Source of the DNA: Candidatus Omnitrophota bacterium
GTDB taxonomy: Bacteria; Omnitrophota; Gorgyraeia; JABMRN01; RBG-13-46-9
Direction: 5' to 3'
DNA length: 64,000 bases
Assembly (NCBI GenBank): GCA_043817155.1
Contig: JBDRHE010000008.1
Span: 1,554-65,553 of the forward strand
The notes under the pieces are model-generated. The model saw only the letters and a list, made by a program, of their open reading frames with translations, was not told the origin of the DNA and did not search any database. A program made the position numbers and the translations under genes. This document shows, in pieces, positions 1 to 9,273 of this stretch; position 1 is the stretch's first letter; the number at the start of each line of letters is the position of its first letter.

Positions 1-951
1 GATAGCGTCCTCGAATATCTTTTTTAGCCTTTTACAGTATCTCAAGACCTCAGGGTCATCCCGCCAGTAGGCTATCACTTTTTTCAGGTCCCGCAAAATG
101 TGGACAAGACACCTTTGCTTGGCCTTAGCGGCTATTTTATTGTAGGCGGATAAAGAATCGGATATTAATACACCGTCGTATTTATCGCCCAGGATATCAT
201 CTACCACCTTTTGACCCCGGCTCATGTCGGTATGGGTTATGCATATCTTCTTATTGGAGAACTTCCAAACCCAAGCGTTGTCGCCGTCTATTTTCCAGCC
301 TGTTTCATCAGCATGAATGAATTTACCCTTTTTAAGGGATTCTTTCAATGCTTCGTATGCAGGAAGCGCCTCTCTTTTAAGCTGGTCTCTGAATCCCACT
401 ATGGAAGAGGGAACAATCTTTAAATTAAACAGCTTCTCGGATATGCATTGAATATCCCTGTCGGATATCTTAATGCCATATTTCAAGAATACGGCAAATG
501 CTTTTGCTGTGGGTCCTATATAACTACCCGAGAGCTCATTCCCACCCTTACCATGGACAGCCTTTTGACACTTTTTACAGTAGTAGAGGTGTTTACGGAA
601 GAGGGTCGTCTCGAGCTTCGGCAGAACAATATCTTCCTGAATATGTTCCTCTATCTTATTTTTGTATTCTTTTATATTATTGGAGCCGCATTCCGGACAT
701 TTGGATAGTTTTACCTCTTCTACCTTGTGGATGTTTTTAGGTTTTTTCCTGAACCAGCCTATGTGGCCGAAGAGGCCGCCCTTTTTCTTGGGAACAGATG
801 CAGGAGGCTCATTATCTCCGGGAGGCTTTTTCCTCTTGGATTTATAGCGCTTTGATCTTAAGTCTTCCAATTCGAACTTTACGAGGGCAAGCGTTTCTTC
901 CAGGCTTTCTATTCTCTTCCGGTACTCTCGGCAGTCTCTACAACCGGTCAC
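1..951 (-). CDS. IS66-family DDE transposase (TnpC-like). It is partial: the 3' end runs off the window start, and it appears to start with GTG at 951..949
   Basis: My own minus-strand translation is one open frame: VTGCRDCREYRKRIESLEETLALVKFELEDLRSKRYKSKRKKPPG...KCPECGSNNIKEY...YYCKKCQKAVHG...KGKFIHADETGWKIDGDNAWVWKF...DGVLISDSLSAYNKIA...QRCLVHILRDLKKV. The N-terminal leucine zipper, the paired CxxC zinc finger and the haDETgw...WvW signature are hallmarks of IS66 TnpC. It is missing from the ORF track because it is partial and starts with GTG. Confidence 0.75.
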   Translation of the reverse strand, partial: MTGCRDCREYRKRIESLEETLALVKFELEDLRSKRYKSKRKKPPGDNEPPASVPKKKGGLFGHIGWFRKKPKNIHKVEEVKLSKCPECGSNNIKEYKNKIEEHIQEDIVLPKLETTLFRKHLYYCKKCQKAVHGKGGNELSGSYIGPTAKAFAVFLKYGIKISDRDIQCISEKLFNLKIVPSSIVGFRDQLKREALPAYEALKESLKKGKFIHADETGWKIDGDNAWVWKFSNKKICITHTDMSRGQKVVDDILGDKYDGVLISDSLSAYNKIAAKAKQRCLVHILRDLKKVIAYWRDDPEVLRYCKRLKKIFEDAI

Positions 952-1317
952 TTATAGATCCTCCATCAGTTTATGACTATAGTATCTCAATATGGTAAAG
1001 TCCGCATCAGATAGCTTTATCACGGTAGCTATCAGCTTTTTATAATTATCGATAGCTCTTATGGCATGGATATCTTTTTTCTTTGTGAGCAGGATACTGT
1101 GATTTTTGGCTTTCCCTCTGTAGGAGAGATATGGATAGGGACCGTGTAAGATAGGATTGTGTTCGCGCTTGCACCTGCATCCTTTCGTGCCGCATCTATT
1201 ACCCTGGATACGTATGCTCGCCCTTATAACACTCTTTCTTAGTAACTCTTGAATCTCCGTGACATATCTATATCGTTCCCGCAACAATCTATCGTACGCT
1301 ATGATTCTTTGCTTCAT
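952..1317 (-). CDS. Small Cys-rich protein (RCGTKGCRCKREHNPILHGPYPYLSYRGK motif) encoded immediately upstream of the IS66 transposase and translationally coupled to it (TAA GTG junction). It is a likely IS accessory ORF
   Basis: 121-aa ORF from the track. Its stop at 952-954 abuts the GTG of the transposase. Conserved CxxxxCxC...HGPY motif. It is not the classical IS66 TnpB sequence, so its function is uncertain. Confidence 0.45.
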   Translation of the reverse strand: MKQRIIAYDRLLRERYRYVTEIQELLRKSVIRASIRIQGNRCGTKGCRCKREHNPILHGPYPYLSYRGKAKNHSILLTKKKDIHAIRAIDNYKKLIATVIKLSDADFTILRYYSHKLMEDL

Positions 1318-1611
1318 ACACGAAGTAGTATATCATACTTCGGTCATTCTGTAAAGAGGCACATGCAAAAAAGGAGGGAGCGATTGTGACAGCTCGATCG
1401 GCTTGTTGTTGGAGAGTTGGTTCTGAGATTGCTTCGTCGCGCCGGCGTTTCCGGCGCTCCTCGCAAAGACGGAGTGTGGGTTAATCCTTTGGGAGAGCTG
1501 AACTATTACCAATAATCAAAGAACCCAAATATGAAAGTGCCCAATTATCTTGACACTACTTTCAAGCGAAGAGGCTTTACACATCGCATTAGAAGTCTGG
1601 TATAATAGTAT

Positions 1612-3879
1612 ATGCAATATGAGAAAATTACATATATGATAAAAAAAGCTTGCATTCTTAGGGCTACCGCAAAAACTTTATCACTCTTTCTTATCGTAAT
1701 AGGAATTACGATATTTGTCCGGACAGACTCAGTTGATGCAGATGAAGTTAATAAGACGCGGCCTAAAATAGGACTTGTCCTGGGTGGCGGCGGAGCACGC
1801 GGGGCAAGCTATGTCGGGGTACTTAAAGTCCTGGAGAAGAACAGGGTCCCTGTCGACTATATCGTGGGTTCAAGCATGGGCGCCGTTATAGGCGGTGCTT
1901 ACGCTATAGGCATGTCTCCAGAAGAGATAGAGAAAACTCTCACAAGCACAGACTGGAACGATCTTTTTACGGATAAACCTATAAGGGAGAGCATGACATT
2001 TCGCCGTAAAAAGGAGCAAAGAGAGCTCGTGGATTCTGAGCTTGGCCTAAAAGGCTGGAAAATTCTTATGCCCAAAGGCCTTATAGTTGGCCAAAAACTC
2101 GATTTTCTTCTGGGATCAATTTGTCTACCGGTAGTTGAAATTAGTAATTTTGACGATCTTCCCGTGCCGTTTCGTGCCGTTGCAACTGACATAGAAACAG
2201 GCGATGCGGTCATATTAGGAAAAGGAAGCCTTCCGCTGTCTATCAGGGCAAGCATGTCCATACCGGGGGTGTTTTCTCCCACTGAAATAGACGGCCATGT
2301 TCTCGTGGATGGCGGTTTCACAAATACTTTACCTATCGATATCGCGAAGTCGATGGGAGCCGATATTATAATTGCCGTGTATATTCCAAAGCCTCTCGCC
2401 AAGCGAGATAAGCTAAACTCGATAATTGCCATATCGTCACAACTTTTGAATGTCATGACGCAGCAGATGGTAAGGAACCAAACAGCGTTGCTTGGTGAAA
2501 AAGACATCCTTATCTCGCCCGATTTAGGGAATATGTCGACGACAGATTTTAGGAACTCGAAGAAAGCGATTGAACTGGGTGAAAAGTCCGCCGGAGACGT
2601 TTCGGACAAACTTAAGAGCTGTTCCATTTCAGAAGAAGAATACAGTAAATATGTCGCCAAACAGCGTAAACGCAAGATCGAGCCTGTAAAGATCGATTTT
2701 ATTAAAATAGAACCGCCCGACGGAGTAGATCCTAAAGCAATAAAGGCGAGAGTAGAAACAAAGGTCGACACAGTCTTAAATCTTAAAATCCTGCAGGATG
2801 ACTTGGCTCGCATATATGGGCTCGGAGATTTCGAAAACGTATATTTTAAGATCCATAACGAACAGGATAAGACAGGGCTTTATATTTATACGAAAGACAA
2901 GAGCTGGGGGCCAAATTATTTACGTTTCGGGTTGAATATGGATAATGATTTTCAGGGAGGGGGTTACTATAATCTCCTTGCCGATTACACCATGACCCAA
3001 TTAAATCCATTGAGCGCAGAATGGAAAAACCAGTTTCAGATAGGCAGAACCTCGATGTACCACACGGACTTTTATCAGCCTCTTGATTACGCCGATAAGT
3101 TTTTCATTGATCCGGAATTTAAAGTCCAGAGAGACATTGCTGATATATATAGCGACAGAAGCCGTATTGCGCAGTATCAGGTAGATTCGGTAGAGGGCGG
3201 TGCTAGCATCGGACGCAACATAGGTACATACGTACGCGGAAAATTTGGCGTCTTAACAGGGCACTATAGCGCAAAATCGATCGTTGGAGATTATAACCTG
3301 CCGACATTCGATGTATCACAGACGGCGCTGACAGCGGATATTGCTTATGATAAGCTTGATAACTTAAATTTTCCCCATACGGGAGTCGAAGCCGACGCCA
3401 GACTGTTTTTTGCCCCTGGAAGTTGGGGTGCCGTAAAATCATATAGCAAATTGGAACTATCAGCCCTAAAGCCGTTTACTATTGACAGGCACACTCTTGT
3501 AGCAAGCCTGGAGGCCGGAAGCAATCTTGGCCAGGAGATACCATTTTATGATGAATACACCCTGGGCGGTTTTTTATATCTCTCGGGTTATAAGATACAG
3601 CAATTAAGAGGTCAAAATATGGGTTTAGGCCGGCTCATATACTATTACAGGCTCGCAGATGGCGTTCCGCCGCTATTAAGCGGTGTATACATTGGCGGCT
3701 CGGCCGAATCTGGAAATGTATGGCAAGATATTCATGAAATAGATTTCGGAAAAATGGTTTATGCTGGAAGCGTATTCATAGGATTAGATACTATCATCGG
3801 TCCTATATATTTTGTTTACGGCCTTGCCGATAAAAGTGATGGTGGCGAGTTTTATGTTCACATCGGTAAGAGATTTTAA
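1612..3879 (+). CDS. Patatin-like phospholipase fused to POTRA and an Omp85-type beta-barrel (PlpD-like type Vd autotransporter)
   Basis: N-terminal signal peptide. Patatin motifs GGGGARGASYVGVLKVL and GSSMG (GxSxG) and a DGG catalytic-Asp region. The C-terminal half resembles bacterial surface antigen (D15) barrels and ends with an aromatic residue (GKRF). A plausible sigma70 promoter sits at 1575-1604 (TTTACA ... TGgTATAAT). Confidence 0.7.
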   Translation: MQYEKITYMIKKACILRATAKTLSLFLIVIGITIFVRTDSVDADEVNKTRPKIGLVLGGGGARGASYVGVLKVLEKNRVPVDYIVGSSMGAVIGGAYAIGMSPEEIEKTLTSTDWNDLFTDKPIRESMTFRRKKEQRELVDSELGLKGWKILMPKGLIVGQKLDFLLGSICLPVVEISNFDDLPVPFRAVATDIETGDAVILGKGSLPLSIRASMSIPGVFSPTEIDGHVLVDGGFTNTLPIDIAKSMGADIIIAVYIPKPLAKRDKLNSIIAISSQLLNVMTQQMVRNQTALLGEKDILISPDLGNMSTTDFRNSKKAIELGEKSAGDVSDKLKSCSISEEEYSKYVAKQRKRKIEPVKIDFIKIEPPDGVDPKAIKARVETKVDTVLNLKILQDDLARIYGLGDFENVYFKIHNEQDKTGLYIYTKDKSWGPNYLRFGLNMDNDFQGGGYYNLLADYTMTQLNPLSAEWKNQFQIGRTSMYHTDFYQPLDYADKFFIDPEFKVQRDIADIYSDRSRIAQYQVDSVEGGASIGRNIGTYVRGKFGVLTGHYSAKSIVGDYNLPTFDVSQTALTADIAYDKLDNLNFPHTGVEADARLFFAPGSWGAVKSYSKLELSALKPFTIDRHTLVASLEAGSNLGQEIPFYDEYTLGGFLYLSGYKIQQLRGQNMGLGRLIYYYRLADGVPPLLSGVYIGGSAESGNVWQDIHEIDFGKMVYAGSVFIGLDTIIGPIYFVYGLADKSDGGEFYVHIGKRF

Positions 3880-3920
3880 TATTTCTATAATCTTGATTTT
3901 GGAGATATAATTCTAAAAGC

Positions 3921-4736
3921 ATGAAGAGACTAATTTCAACCGTGTTCGCAATAGTATTATGCGTCGTATCAACGGCGGTCTATGCGATAACGCAACGGAT
4001 GGAATCTGACGCAGTGGTTACGCGCGATAATGTTCGGATTGCCTACGAGCGCTATCAGAACGGCTCTGACTCCGTTGTTATCATCTGCCCAGGATTCTAT
4101 AATAGCAAGAAGAACAGATGGATGCGTAAGGCGGTAGAGCTAGTCTCTCCCGAATACGATGTCATGATATTTGACTTCAGGGGGCACGGGCAGAGCGGCG
4201 GCACCTTCACGTGGTCGGCGAAAGAGGACATGGATGTGGACGCCGTAGTGGATCGCGCAAAAGACTATGGATATAAGCGCATAGGGATACTTGCCTTTTC
4301 GCTGGGCGCGGCAGCATCGGTCAATGATGCGGCGCACAGAACCGATATAGACAGCATGGTCCTTATAAGCTGTCCGACAAGGTTCAATATGATAGATTTC
4401 CATTTCTGGAAGTTCGCGATGTTTTCGGACCTAAAAGACAATATCGAATGCAAGTGGGAAGGCAAAGGCGCCAGATACGGCAGCATCTTTTATCCGAAGA
4501 AAGATCCGATCGACGCGATACGCGCCATACACAATACGGCCATTCTCTTTATTCACGGCGATAATGATTGGGTGATCAATGACCGCCACTCAAGGAAACT
4601 ATACGAAGCGGCATCCGGCACAAAAAAGTTGGAAGTGATCAAGGGCGGCCTTCACGCCGAAAGGATAGTGCAGTTCTATCCGGAAAAACTAAAAAAAATT
4701 ATCCTTGAATGGTTCTCGGAAACGTTTGTACGTTAG
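3921..4736 (+). CDS. Secreted alpha/beta-fold hydrolase
   Basis: Signal peptide MKRLISTVFAIVLCVVSTAVYA. DFRGHGQSGG and GxSxG-like GILAFSLGAAAS nucleophile elbow. A C-terminal HGDND acid/His region. Confidence 0.55.
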   Translation: MKRLISTVFAIVLCVVSTAVYAITQRMESDAVVTRDNVRIAYERYQNGSDSVVIICPGFYNSKKNRWMRKAVELVSPEYDVMIFDFRGHGQSGGTFTWSAKEDMDVDAVVDRAKDYGYKRIGILAFSLGAAASVNDAAHRTDIDSMVLISCPTRFNMIDFHFWKFAMFSDLKDNIECKWEGKGARYGSIFYPKKDPIDAIRAIHNTAILFIHGDNDWVINDRHSRKLYEAASGTKKLEVIKGGLHAERIVQFYPEKLKKIILEWFSETFVR

Positions 4737-4787
4737 GCATGGCTGGAAAATATGGGCAGATTCAGAGATTGGCAGAGGTACGACGTT

Positions 4788-5282
4788 TTATTTTACGCTG
4801 CCAATTTTAAGTAAATTGTAATAGTTTAGCAGGCGGAAGTTAATTCTTATATAGGCTCCCAGGAAGTCGCTGATAAGCACGCCTTTGTAGCTGTTACCGA
4901 GAGCGCCGCGAAGCTCTTTTTGACCCCTGCCGGGCTCTATCCTGTAGACGGCATGCCTTTCATCGGCATAGCACCACAGCCACTTGTCTTTCCAACCGGT
5001 CTCATCGACGTTTAGATACGGCGTATCCGTAAGGCGCGCCTTTAATTGGTCGCAGAGAAGACTGTCTCGCATACGTATCTTTGTATCGAATCCAACGCAT
5101 GATGTGGGATCAAAGTCCATAGTGAACATTTCCTTGAAGAGCATCTTTATTTTACGATAGGGGACTGACAGCTGATAATGCAGGAAACCGGCTGGCTCTA
5201 AGGTCAGGAATTTGCTTGTTTCTACCAGCAATCTCGCTATAATAGATACCTGTATATAGCGAGAGGTTTCTCCTCGGCTCAA
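4788..5282 (-). pseudogene. IS66-like transposase fragment (truncated)
   Basis: 164 aa containing LNVDETGWKDKWLWCYADE ... KGVLISDFLGAY, which is paralogous to the DETGW...WvW...DGVLISDSLSAY region of the transposase at 1-951. It lacks the N-terminal zinc finger and the C-terminus. Confidence 0.6.
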
Positions 5283-5287
5283 AGGTT

Positions 5288-5319
5288 GGTTCTAACTTCG
5301 TTCAGCCAGCGACCCCAGC
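5288..5319 (+). repeat. 32-bp cassette-junction repeat, copy R1 (GGTTCTAACTTCGTTCAGCCAGCGACCCCAGC)
   Basis: Seen directly in the sequence. It is one of five same-orientation copies (5288, 5739, 6968, 7999, 9135). Confidence 0.85.
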
Positions 5320-5340
5320 ATTTTTCCTGAGTGATGAATA

Positions 5341-5739
5341 ATGACAGCAGTCGGCAAAAAAGATAATATGGCTATCCGGGCAACATGTCTGAATTGCATG
5401 GACGGCCGCGTGCAATTGCCGGTTCTAAATTGGATTCGCGAGAAATACAGTATCGATTTTGTGGATGTTATTACTGAAGCGGGCATCGATGGGGTTGTAG
5501 CTTCACAGGATAATATCGATGAGATTATTCGTAGCATTAATATCTCCGTTAACATTAATAAATCTGTCCGAATTTTTCTTGTTGGCCATCATGATTGCAA
5601 AGGTAACCCTGTTGATGAAGAAACTCATCGTGAAAACATAAACAAGGCTGTCGCGCGTTTGAAAGCGTATTGGCCAGAATTTGAGATTATTGGGCTTTGG
5701 GTTAACGGTCATTGGCAGGTGGAGGTTTGGTGCAAGTAG
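5341..5739 (+). CDS. Small beta-carbonic-anhydrase-like protein (CxDxR ... HxxC motifs)
   Basis: CLNCMDGRV and VGHHDCKGN match the beta-CA Zn-ligand pattern (C-x-D-x-R / H-x-x-C). At only 132 aa it is a minimal version of the fold. The start could instead be at 5368. Confidence 0.4.
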   Translation: MTAVGKKDNMAIRATCLNCMDGRVQLPVLNWIREKYSIDFVDVITEAGIDGVVASQDNIDEIIRSINISVNINKSVRIFLVGHHDCKGNPVDEETHRENINKAVARLKAYWPEFEIIGLWVNGHWQVEVWCK

Positions 5740-5793
5740 GTTCTAACTTTGTCCAGCCAGCGACCCCAGCTTTATAATGTTTTACAATGTTTC
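5739..5793 (+). repeat. Cassette-junction repeat copy R2 plus a 23-bp extension TTTATAATGTTTTACAATGTTT (promoter module)
   Basis: TTGTCC (5749-5754), an 18-bp spacer and TATAAT (5773-5778) form a sigma70-like promoter. The same extension is present at R4. Confidence 0.8.
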
Positions 5794-5920
5794 TTCAGAG
5801 TATTTGACAGGAAACAGATAAATGTGGGAAAAGAAAATCCATATGTTTCCTCCTACATGATACAAGTAGAAACATGAGCAACGAGATATTATAAATCATT
5901 TTCTGAAATAGGAGAAAACG

Positions 5921-6919
5921 ATGAATAAGCGCAGACTCATTGCTATTCTCGCTTACTTATTTATTATTTGCTCTATTCGATATTCTATTGCTGAAGTGGA
6001 GGTAAAAAAGGAATATTACGACAGCGGTCAGCTATATTCTGAATTACCTTACGAAAATGGAAAACTTAATGGTCTTGGTAAAACTTATTATGAGAATGGA
6101 CAATTGTTCTCAGAGGTAACATATGTGAATGGCGAATATGACGGCACAATGCGAGCTTATTATGAAAGCGGAGAGCTGGAATCAGAAATGCCTTACAGAA
6201 ATGGTGTCTTGAGCGGTATAGTGAAAGAATATTATAAAAACGAATCATTGCAAGCAGAAACACCATATCAAAATGGCAAAGTAAATGGTGTGGCCAAAAG
6301 TTACAGTGAGAATGGGATAATAGAATCTTTGATACCCTATAAAGATGACGAGATTGACGGGATCGCTAAAACCTATCGTGAGGGTAAAATAGACAGAGAA
6401 TCATCATATAAGGCTGGCAAGAGAGACGGCCTAGCGAAAGTCTATAACGCTGATGGCACATTGGACCATGAGATTCCTTATAAGAATGACCGAGTCGATG
6501 GAGAATTGAAATACTATGGAAGTGGTGGAAATGTGCAGGGATCTGGAACTTATAAGAATGGCGAACTAGTAGAAGCAAAATATTTTGACGGAAAAGATAT
6601 GTCAATAGAAACATTAGTTGGGTATGCAAAAGATGACATCTATTCACTAGGAGTTCTATTAGAGCGTTTCAAATTGGATACTGGCAGTTATCCGGATACA
6701 AGTGAAGGATTAAAATCATTGCTCGAAGAGCCTCCTTTGAAAACAAATTGGCAAGGGCCATACTCCTTATCAATGCCAATAGATCCGTGGGGAAATGATT
6801 ACCATTATGGGTATCCAGGCGTCCATAACAAAGATAGCTACGACTTGTCAACATTTGGGCCAGATGGCATAGAAAGCGAAGATGATATTACCAATTGGGG
6901 TAGTGAAGAAGGTCGGTAA
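5921..6919 (+). CDS. Secreted MORN/YwqK-type repeat protein with a C-terminal type II secretion pseudopilin (GspG-like) globular domain
   Basis: Signal peptide. About 9 repeats of Y(Y/K)xNG(x)L..E.PY.NGK.dG (YwqK/MORN type). The C-terminus DIYSLGVLLERFKLDTGSYPDTSEGLKSLLE...PIDPWGNDYHYGYPGVHNKDSYDLSTFGPDGIESEDDITNW matches the conserved GspG C-terminal signature (DPWG..Y.Y..PG....DL.S.G.DG......DI.NW). There is no class-III prepilin leader. Confidence 0.6.
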   Translation: MNKRRLIAILAYLFIICSIRYSIAEVEVKKEYYDSGQLYSELPYENGKLNGLGKTYYENGQLFSEVTYVNGEYDGTMRAYYESGELESEMPYRNGVLSGIVKEYYKNESLQAETPYQNGKVNGVAKSYSENGIIESLIPYKDDEIDGIAKTYREGKIDRESSYKAGKRDGLAKVYNADGTLDHEIPYKNDRVDGELKYYGSGGNVQGSGTYKNGELVEAKYFDGKDMSIETLVGYAKDDIYSLGVLLERFKLDTGSYPDTSEGLKSLLEEPPLKTNWQGPYSLSMPIDPWGNDYHYGYPGVHNKDSYDLSTFGPDGIESEDDITNWGSEEGR

Positions 6920-6967
6920 TAGAATGATTAATTAGGTTCCCAAAGGGAGCTCGTTTTTTGTTAAACA

Positions 6968-6998
6968 GGTTCTAACTTCGTCCAGCCAGCGACCCCGG
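6968..6998 (+). repeat. Cassette-junction repeat copy R3
   Basis: GGTTCTAACTTCGTCCAGCCAGCGACCCCGG. Confidence 0.85.
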
Positions 6999-7055
6999 TT
7001 CTTTTGAAAAAAGTAGAAAATATAACGAATAACATATTTAAAGGAGGTTATACAG

Positions 7056-7505
7056 ATGAAATGTCCTAAATGTGATTGCGCTCTCAGCAAAGTGCTTGTG
7101 GAGGTCCGGCCTGAATACGGTGCAGATATACTCCAAGATGCGGAACAAACAAGTGAGATAGAGCTTGACCAGTGCGTGAGCTGTAACGGCGTGTGGTTTG
7201 ATGTAAAAGAATTGGACCAATATTTGGCGGAGAAGTTGTTGATTTTAAATTCTCCTAAGATATCAGATTATAAGAAGCTCGATAAGAAGGTAGGTATGTG
7301 CCCGCGATGTAATCAAAAGATGGTTAAGGAGCCGGCACCTAAAGGAGCTGCTTTTATGGTTGATGTATGCAAAAAGTGCCAGGGTGTTTGGTTAGATAGC
7401 ACCGAACTTGATAAGATTGAAAAGAGGAATTTCTCGTTAGGAGAGAAGCACGCTCTTGTGTTTCGCCATCTGAAAGAGATATTTTTCAAAAGGGAGGGTA
7501 ATTAA
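7056..7505 (+). CDS. Zinc-ribbon protein with two CxxC...CxxC-GVWFD-EL domains (zf-TFIIB-like)
   Basis: CPKCD...CVSCNGVWFDVKELDQY and CPRCN...CKKCQGVWLDSTELDKIE. The GvWfD.gEL hallmark identifies the transcription-factor-type zinc-ribbon domain. Confidence 0.6.
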   Translation: MKCPKCDCALSKVLVEVRPEYGADILQDAEQTSEIELDQCVSCNGVWFDVKELDQYLAEKLLILNSPKISDYKKLDKKVGMCPRCNQKMVKEPAPKGAAFMVDVCKKCQGVWLDSTELDKIEKRNFSLGEKHALVFRHLKEIFFKREGN

Positions 7506-7507
7506 TT

Positions 7508-7951
7508 ATGGACTGCCCCAAATGTCTTGGTAAATTACAGAAGACAAAGATTAATATGTATGAGACTTCGGACATCGAAGAGCTTAAAGGAGCAGTTGCA
7601 GCGAAATCGCTAGAGATTGACCAGTGCTTTGTCTGTGGAGGCGTTTGGTTCGATAAAGGAGAGCTTGGTAAATATACGACCGAAAAGATAACAATAATTG
7701 ATGCCGCTTCAGTAGGCAAAACGCTTGATAAAGAGCTGGATGTGAAAGATGGAAAATGCCCGAAATGTTCAGTTGTGATGAAGAAGACGGCATATGAGAA
7801 AGAGCCGAGCATTACGCTCGATGTATGTGAAAAATGTGGAGGCATCTGGCTTGATTCTACGGAAATTGACCGAGTTGAAAGAGCGAATAAAGGAAAAATA
7901 GGATTTCTCGGACTTTTCTTCAAGGGATTTCAAAGACCAAAGGGAAAATAG
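7508..7951 (+). CDS. Paralogous zinc-ribbon protein (tandem duplicate of 7056-7505)
   Basis: Same two-domain architecture: CPKCLG...CFVCGGVWFDKGELGKY and CPKCS...CEKCGGIWLDSTEIDRVE. The start is 3 nt after the previous stop. Confidence 0.6.
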   Translation: MDCPKCLGKLQKTKINMYETSDIEELKGAVAAKSLEIDQCFVCGGVWFDKGELGKYTTEKITIIDAASVGKTLDKELDVKDGKCPKCSVVMKKTAYEKEPSITLDVCEKCGGIWLDSTEIDRVERANKGKIGFLGLFFKGFQRPKGK

Positions 7952-7998
7952 CAGTTTTATTTAGCATAGAGCTCCGGTTACTCTAATTACATAAAAAA

Positions 7999-8051
7999 GT
8001 TCTAACTTTGTCTAATCACTTACCCCAGCTTTATAATGTTTTACAATGTTT
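7999..8051 (+). repeat. Cassette-junction repeat copy R4 (degenerate core) plus the same 23-bp TATAAT extension
   Basis: GTTCTAACTTTGTCTAATCACTTACCCCAGC followed by TTTATAATGTTTTACAATGTTT. Confidence 0.75.
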
Positions 8052-8071
8052 GTTAATTACAAATCAAAGAA

Positions 8072-9091
8072 ATGAAAAAAATATCAAGCCTAAAAGAATA
8101 TAACGTATTTCTGCAAGAGGTAAAACAAAGAATCCGTTCTGCCCAATATGAGGCCCTTAAGGCGGTTAATAAAGAACTTATACAGCTGTATTGGGATATA
8201 GGAAAGATGATTGTTAATAGGCAAAAACAATACAGATGGGGGAAATCTGTTGTAGAAAATCTCGCTAAAGATATACAGGCAGAATTCCCCGGTGTTCGGG
8301 GATACTCGACTCAGAATTTGTGGTATATGAGGCAATTCTATTCGGAATACGTAAATAATGCAAATCTCCAACCGCTGGTTGGAGAAATCGGCTGGGCGCA
8401 TAATTTAGCTATAATGAGCAAGGTTAAGGATTTGTTAGAACGGGAGTTTTATATCCGCATGACAAGGCGTATGGGGTGGACTAAAAATGTGCTGATTCAT
8501 CAGATTGAAAATAAGACATATGAAAAAACGTTGCTCAATCAGACAAATTTCAAGAAGGCTCTTCCAGAAGAGATACGCAATCAGGCAAAATTGGCGGTGA
8601 AGGACGAGTATACCTTTAATTTCCTGGACCTGGGAGAAGAATATAAGGAAATGGAGCTTGAGAGGGCTTTAGTCGCCAAGATAAATCGTTTTCTTATTGA
8701 AATGGGCGGTTCTTTTGCGTTTATGGGAAATCAATTTCGCCTTGAGATCAATGGTAAGGAATTTTTCATTGATATCTTGCTATATCACCGCAAGCTCAAG
8801 TGTTTAGTGGCAATAGAGCTCAAGATTGGAGAATTCAAACCAGAATATGCCGGGAAGATGCAGTTTTACTTAGCAGCCCTCGATGATATAGTGAAAGCAA
8901 AAGGAGAGAATCCTTCGATTGGCATTATTCTATGTAAGGATAAAGACCGCACCATTGTCGAATACGCGCTCCGTGAAAGCAAGAAACCGATAGCGGTGGC
9001 GAAATATAGGATTACTACAAAACTGCCAAAAGAACTGAAGAAAGAATTACCGGCACCCGAGCAGATACAGAAGCTTTTTAAGGATATGTAG
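8072..9091 (+). CDS. YhcG/DUF1016-family PDDEXK nuclease
   Basis: N-terminal YhcG_N-like region (QLYWDIGKMI, GYSTQNLWYMRQFY, GWAHNLAIMS). C-terminal PD-(D/E)xK core (FIDILLYH ... LVAIELKIGEFKPEYAGKMQFY). Confidence 0.65.
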   Translation: MKKISSLKEYNVFLQEVKQRIRSAQYEALKAVNKELIQLYWDIGKMIVNRQKQYRWGKSVVENLAKDIQAEFPGVRGYSTQNLWYMRQFYSEYVNNANLQPLVGEIGWAHNLAIMSKVKDLLEREFYIRMTRRMGWTKNVLIHQIENKTYEKTLLNQTNFKKALPEEIRNQAKLAVKDEYTFNFLDLGEEYKEMELERALVAKINRFLIEMGGSFAFMGNQFRLEINGKEFFIDILLYHRKLKCLVAIELKIGEFKPEYAGKMQFYLAALDDIVKAKGENPSIGIILCKDKDRTIVEYALRESKKPIAVAKYRITTKLPKELKKELPAPEQIQKLFKDM

Positions 9092-9134
9092 CGAGCGCTG
9101 TTTAACGTAAAGTCGCTGGTCCCTCTATTAGACA

Positions 9135-9166
9135 GGTTCTAACTTTGTCCAGCCAGCGACCCCAGC
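9135..9166 (+). repeat. Cassette-junction repeat copy R5
   Basis: GGTTCTAACTTTGTCCAGCCAGCGACCCCAGC. Upstream, GTCGCTGG (9108-9115) can pair with CCAGCGAC inside the repeat. Confidence 0.85.
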
Positions 9167-9273
9167 ATTTTGACGAAGACAAATGGGTGGCCCCTTTGAT
9201 CCGCCTGATTCTATCGCAGAAGAAGGTTTCCGTAGCTTATCCACGCAAATCTATCAATAAACAATATTAATAC

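Larger units (their letters stand above)
1..1320 (-). mobile_element. IS66-family insertion sequence, truncated by the window edge. The left end is upstream of 1317
   Basis: Transposase plus coupled accessory ORF. A related transposase fragment at 4788-5282 shows that this IS family is multicopy or decaying in this genome. Confidence 0.6.

Noticed and set aside
211-998. Plus-strand small ORFs at the window start
   Set aside because: They are antisense to the uninterrupted IS66 transposase frame on the minus strand.
1899-2813. Long antisense ORFs inside conserved genes (e.g. 1899-2813 minus, 36676-37545 minus, 50447-51040 minus, 33046-33549 minus)
   Set aside because: They are embedded opposite well-supported long CDSs (patatin, gltB, carB, amt). 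This is typical of shadow ORFs in GC-biased coding DNA.
5288-9166. Canonical integron attC sites
   Set aside because: The conserved element is only about 32 bp (plus a 23-bp extension in two copies). I found no internal imperfect dyad with RYYYAAC / GTTRRRY cores in the right order, and no intI. I keep the integron-like interpretation only as an analogy.
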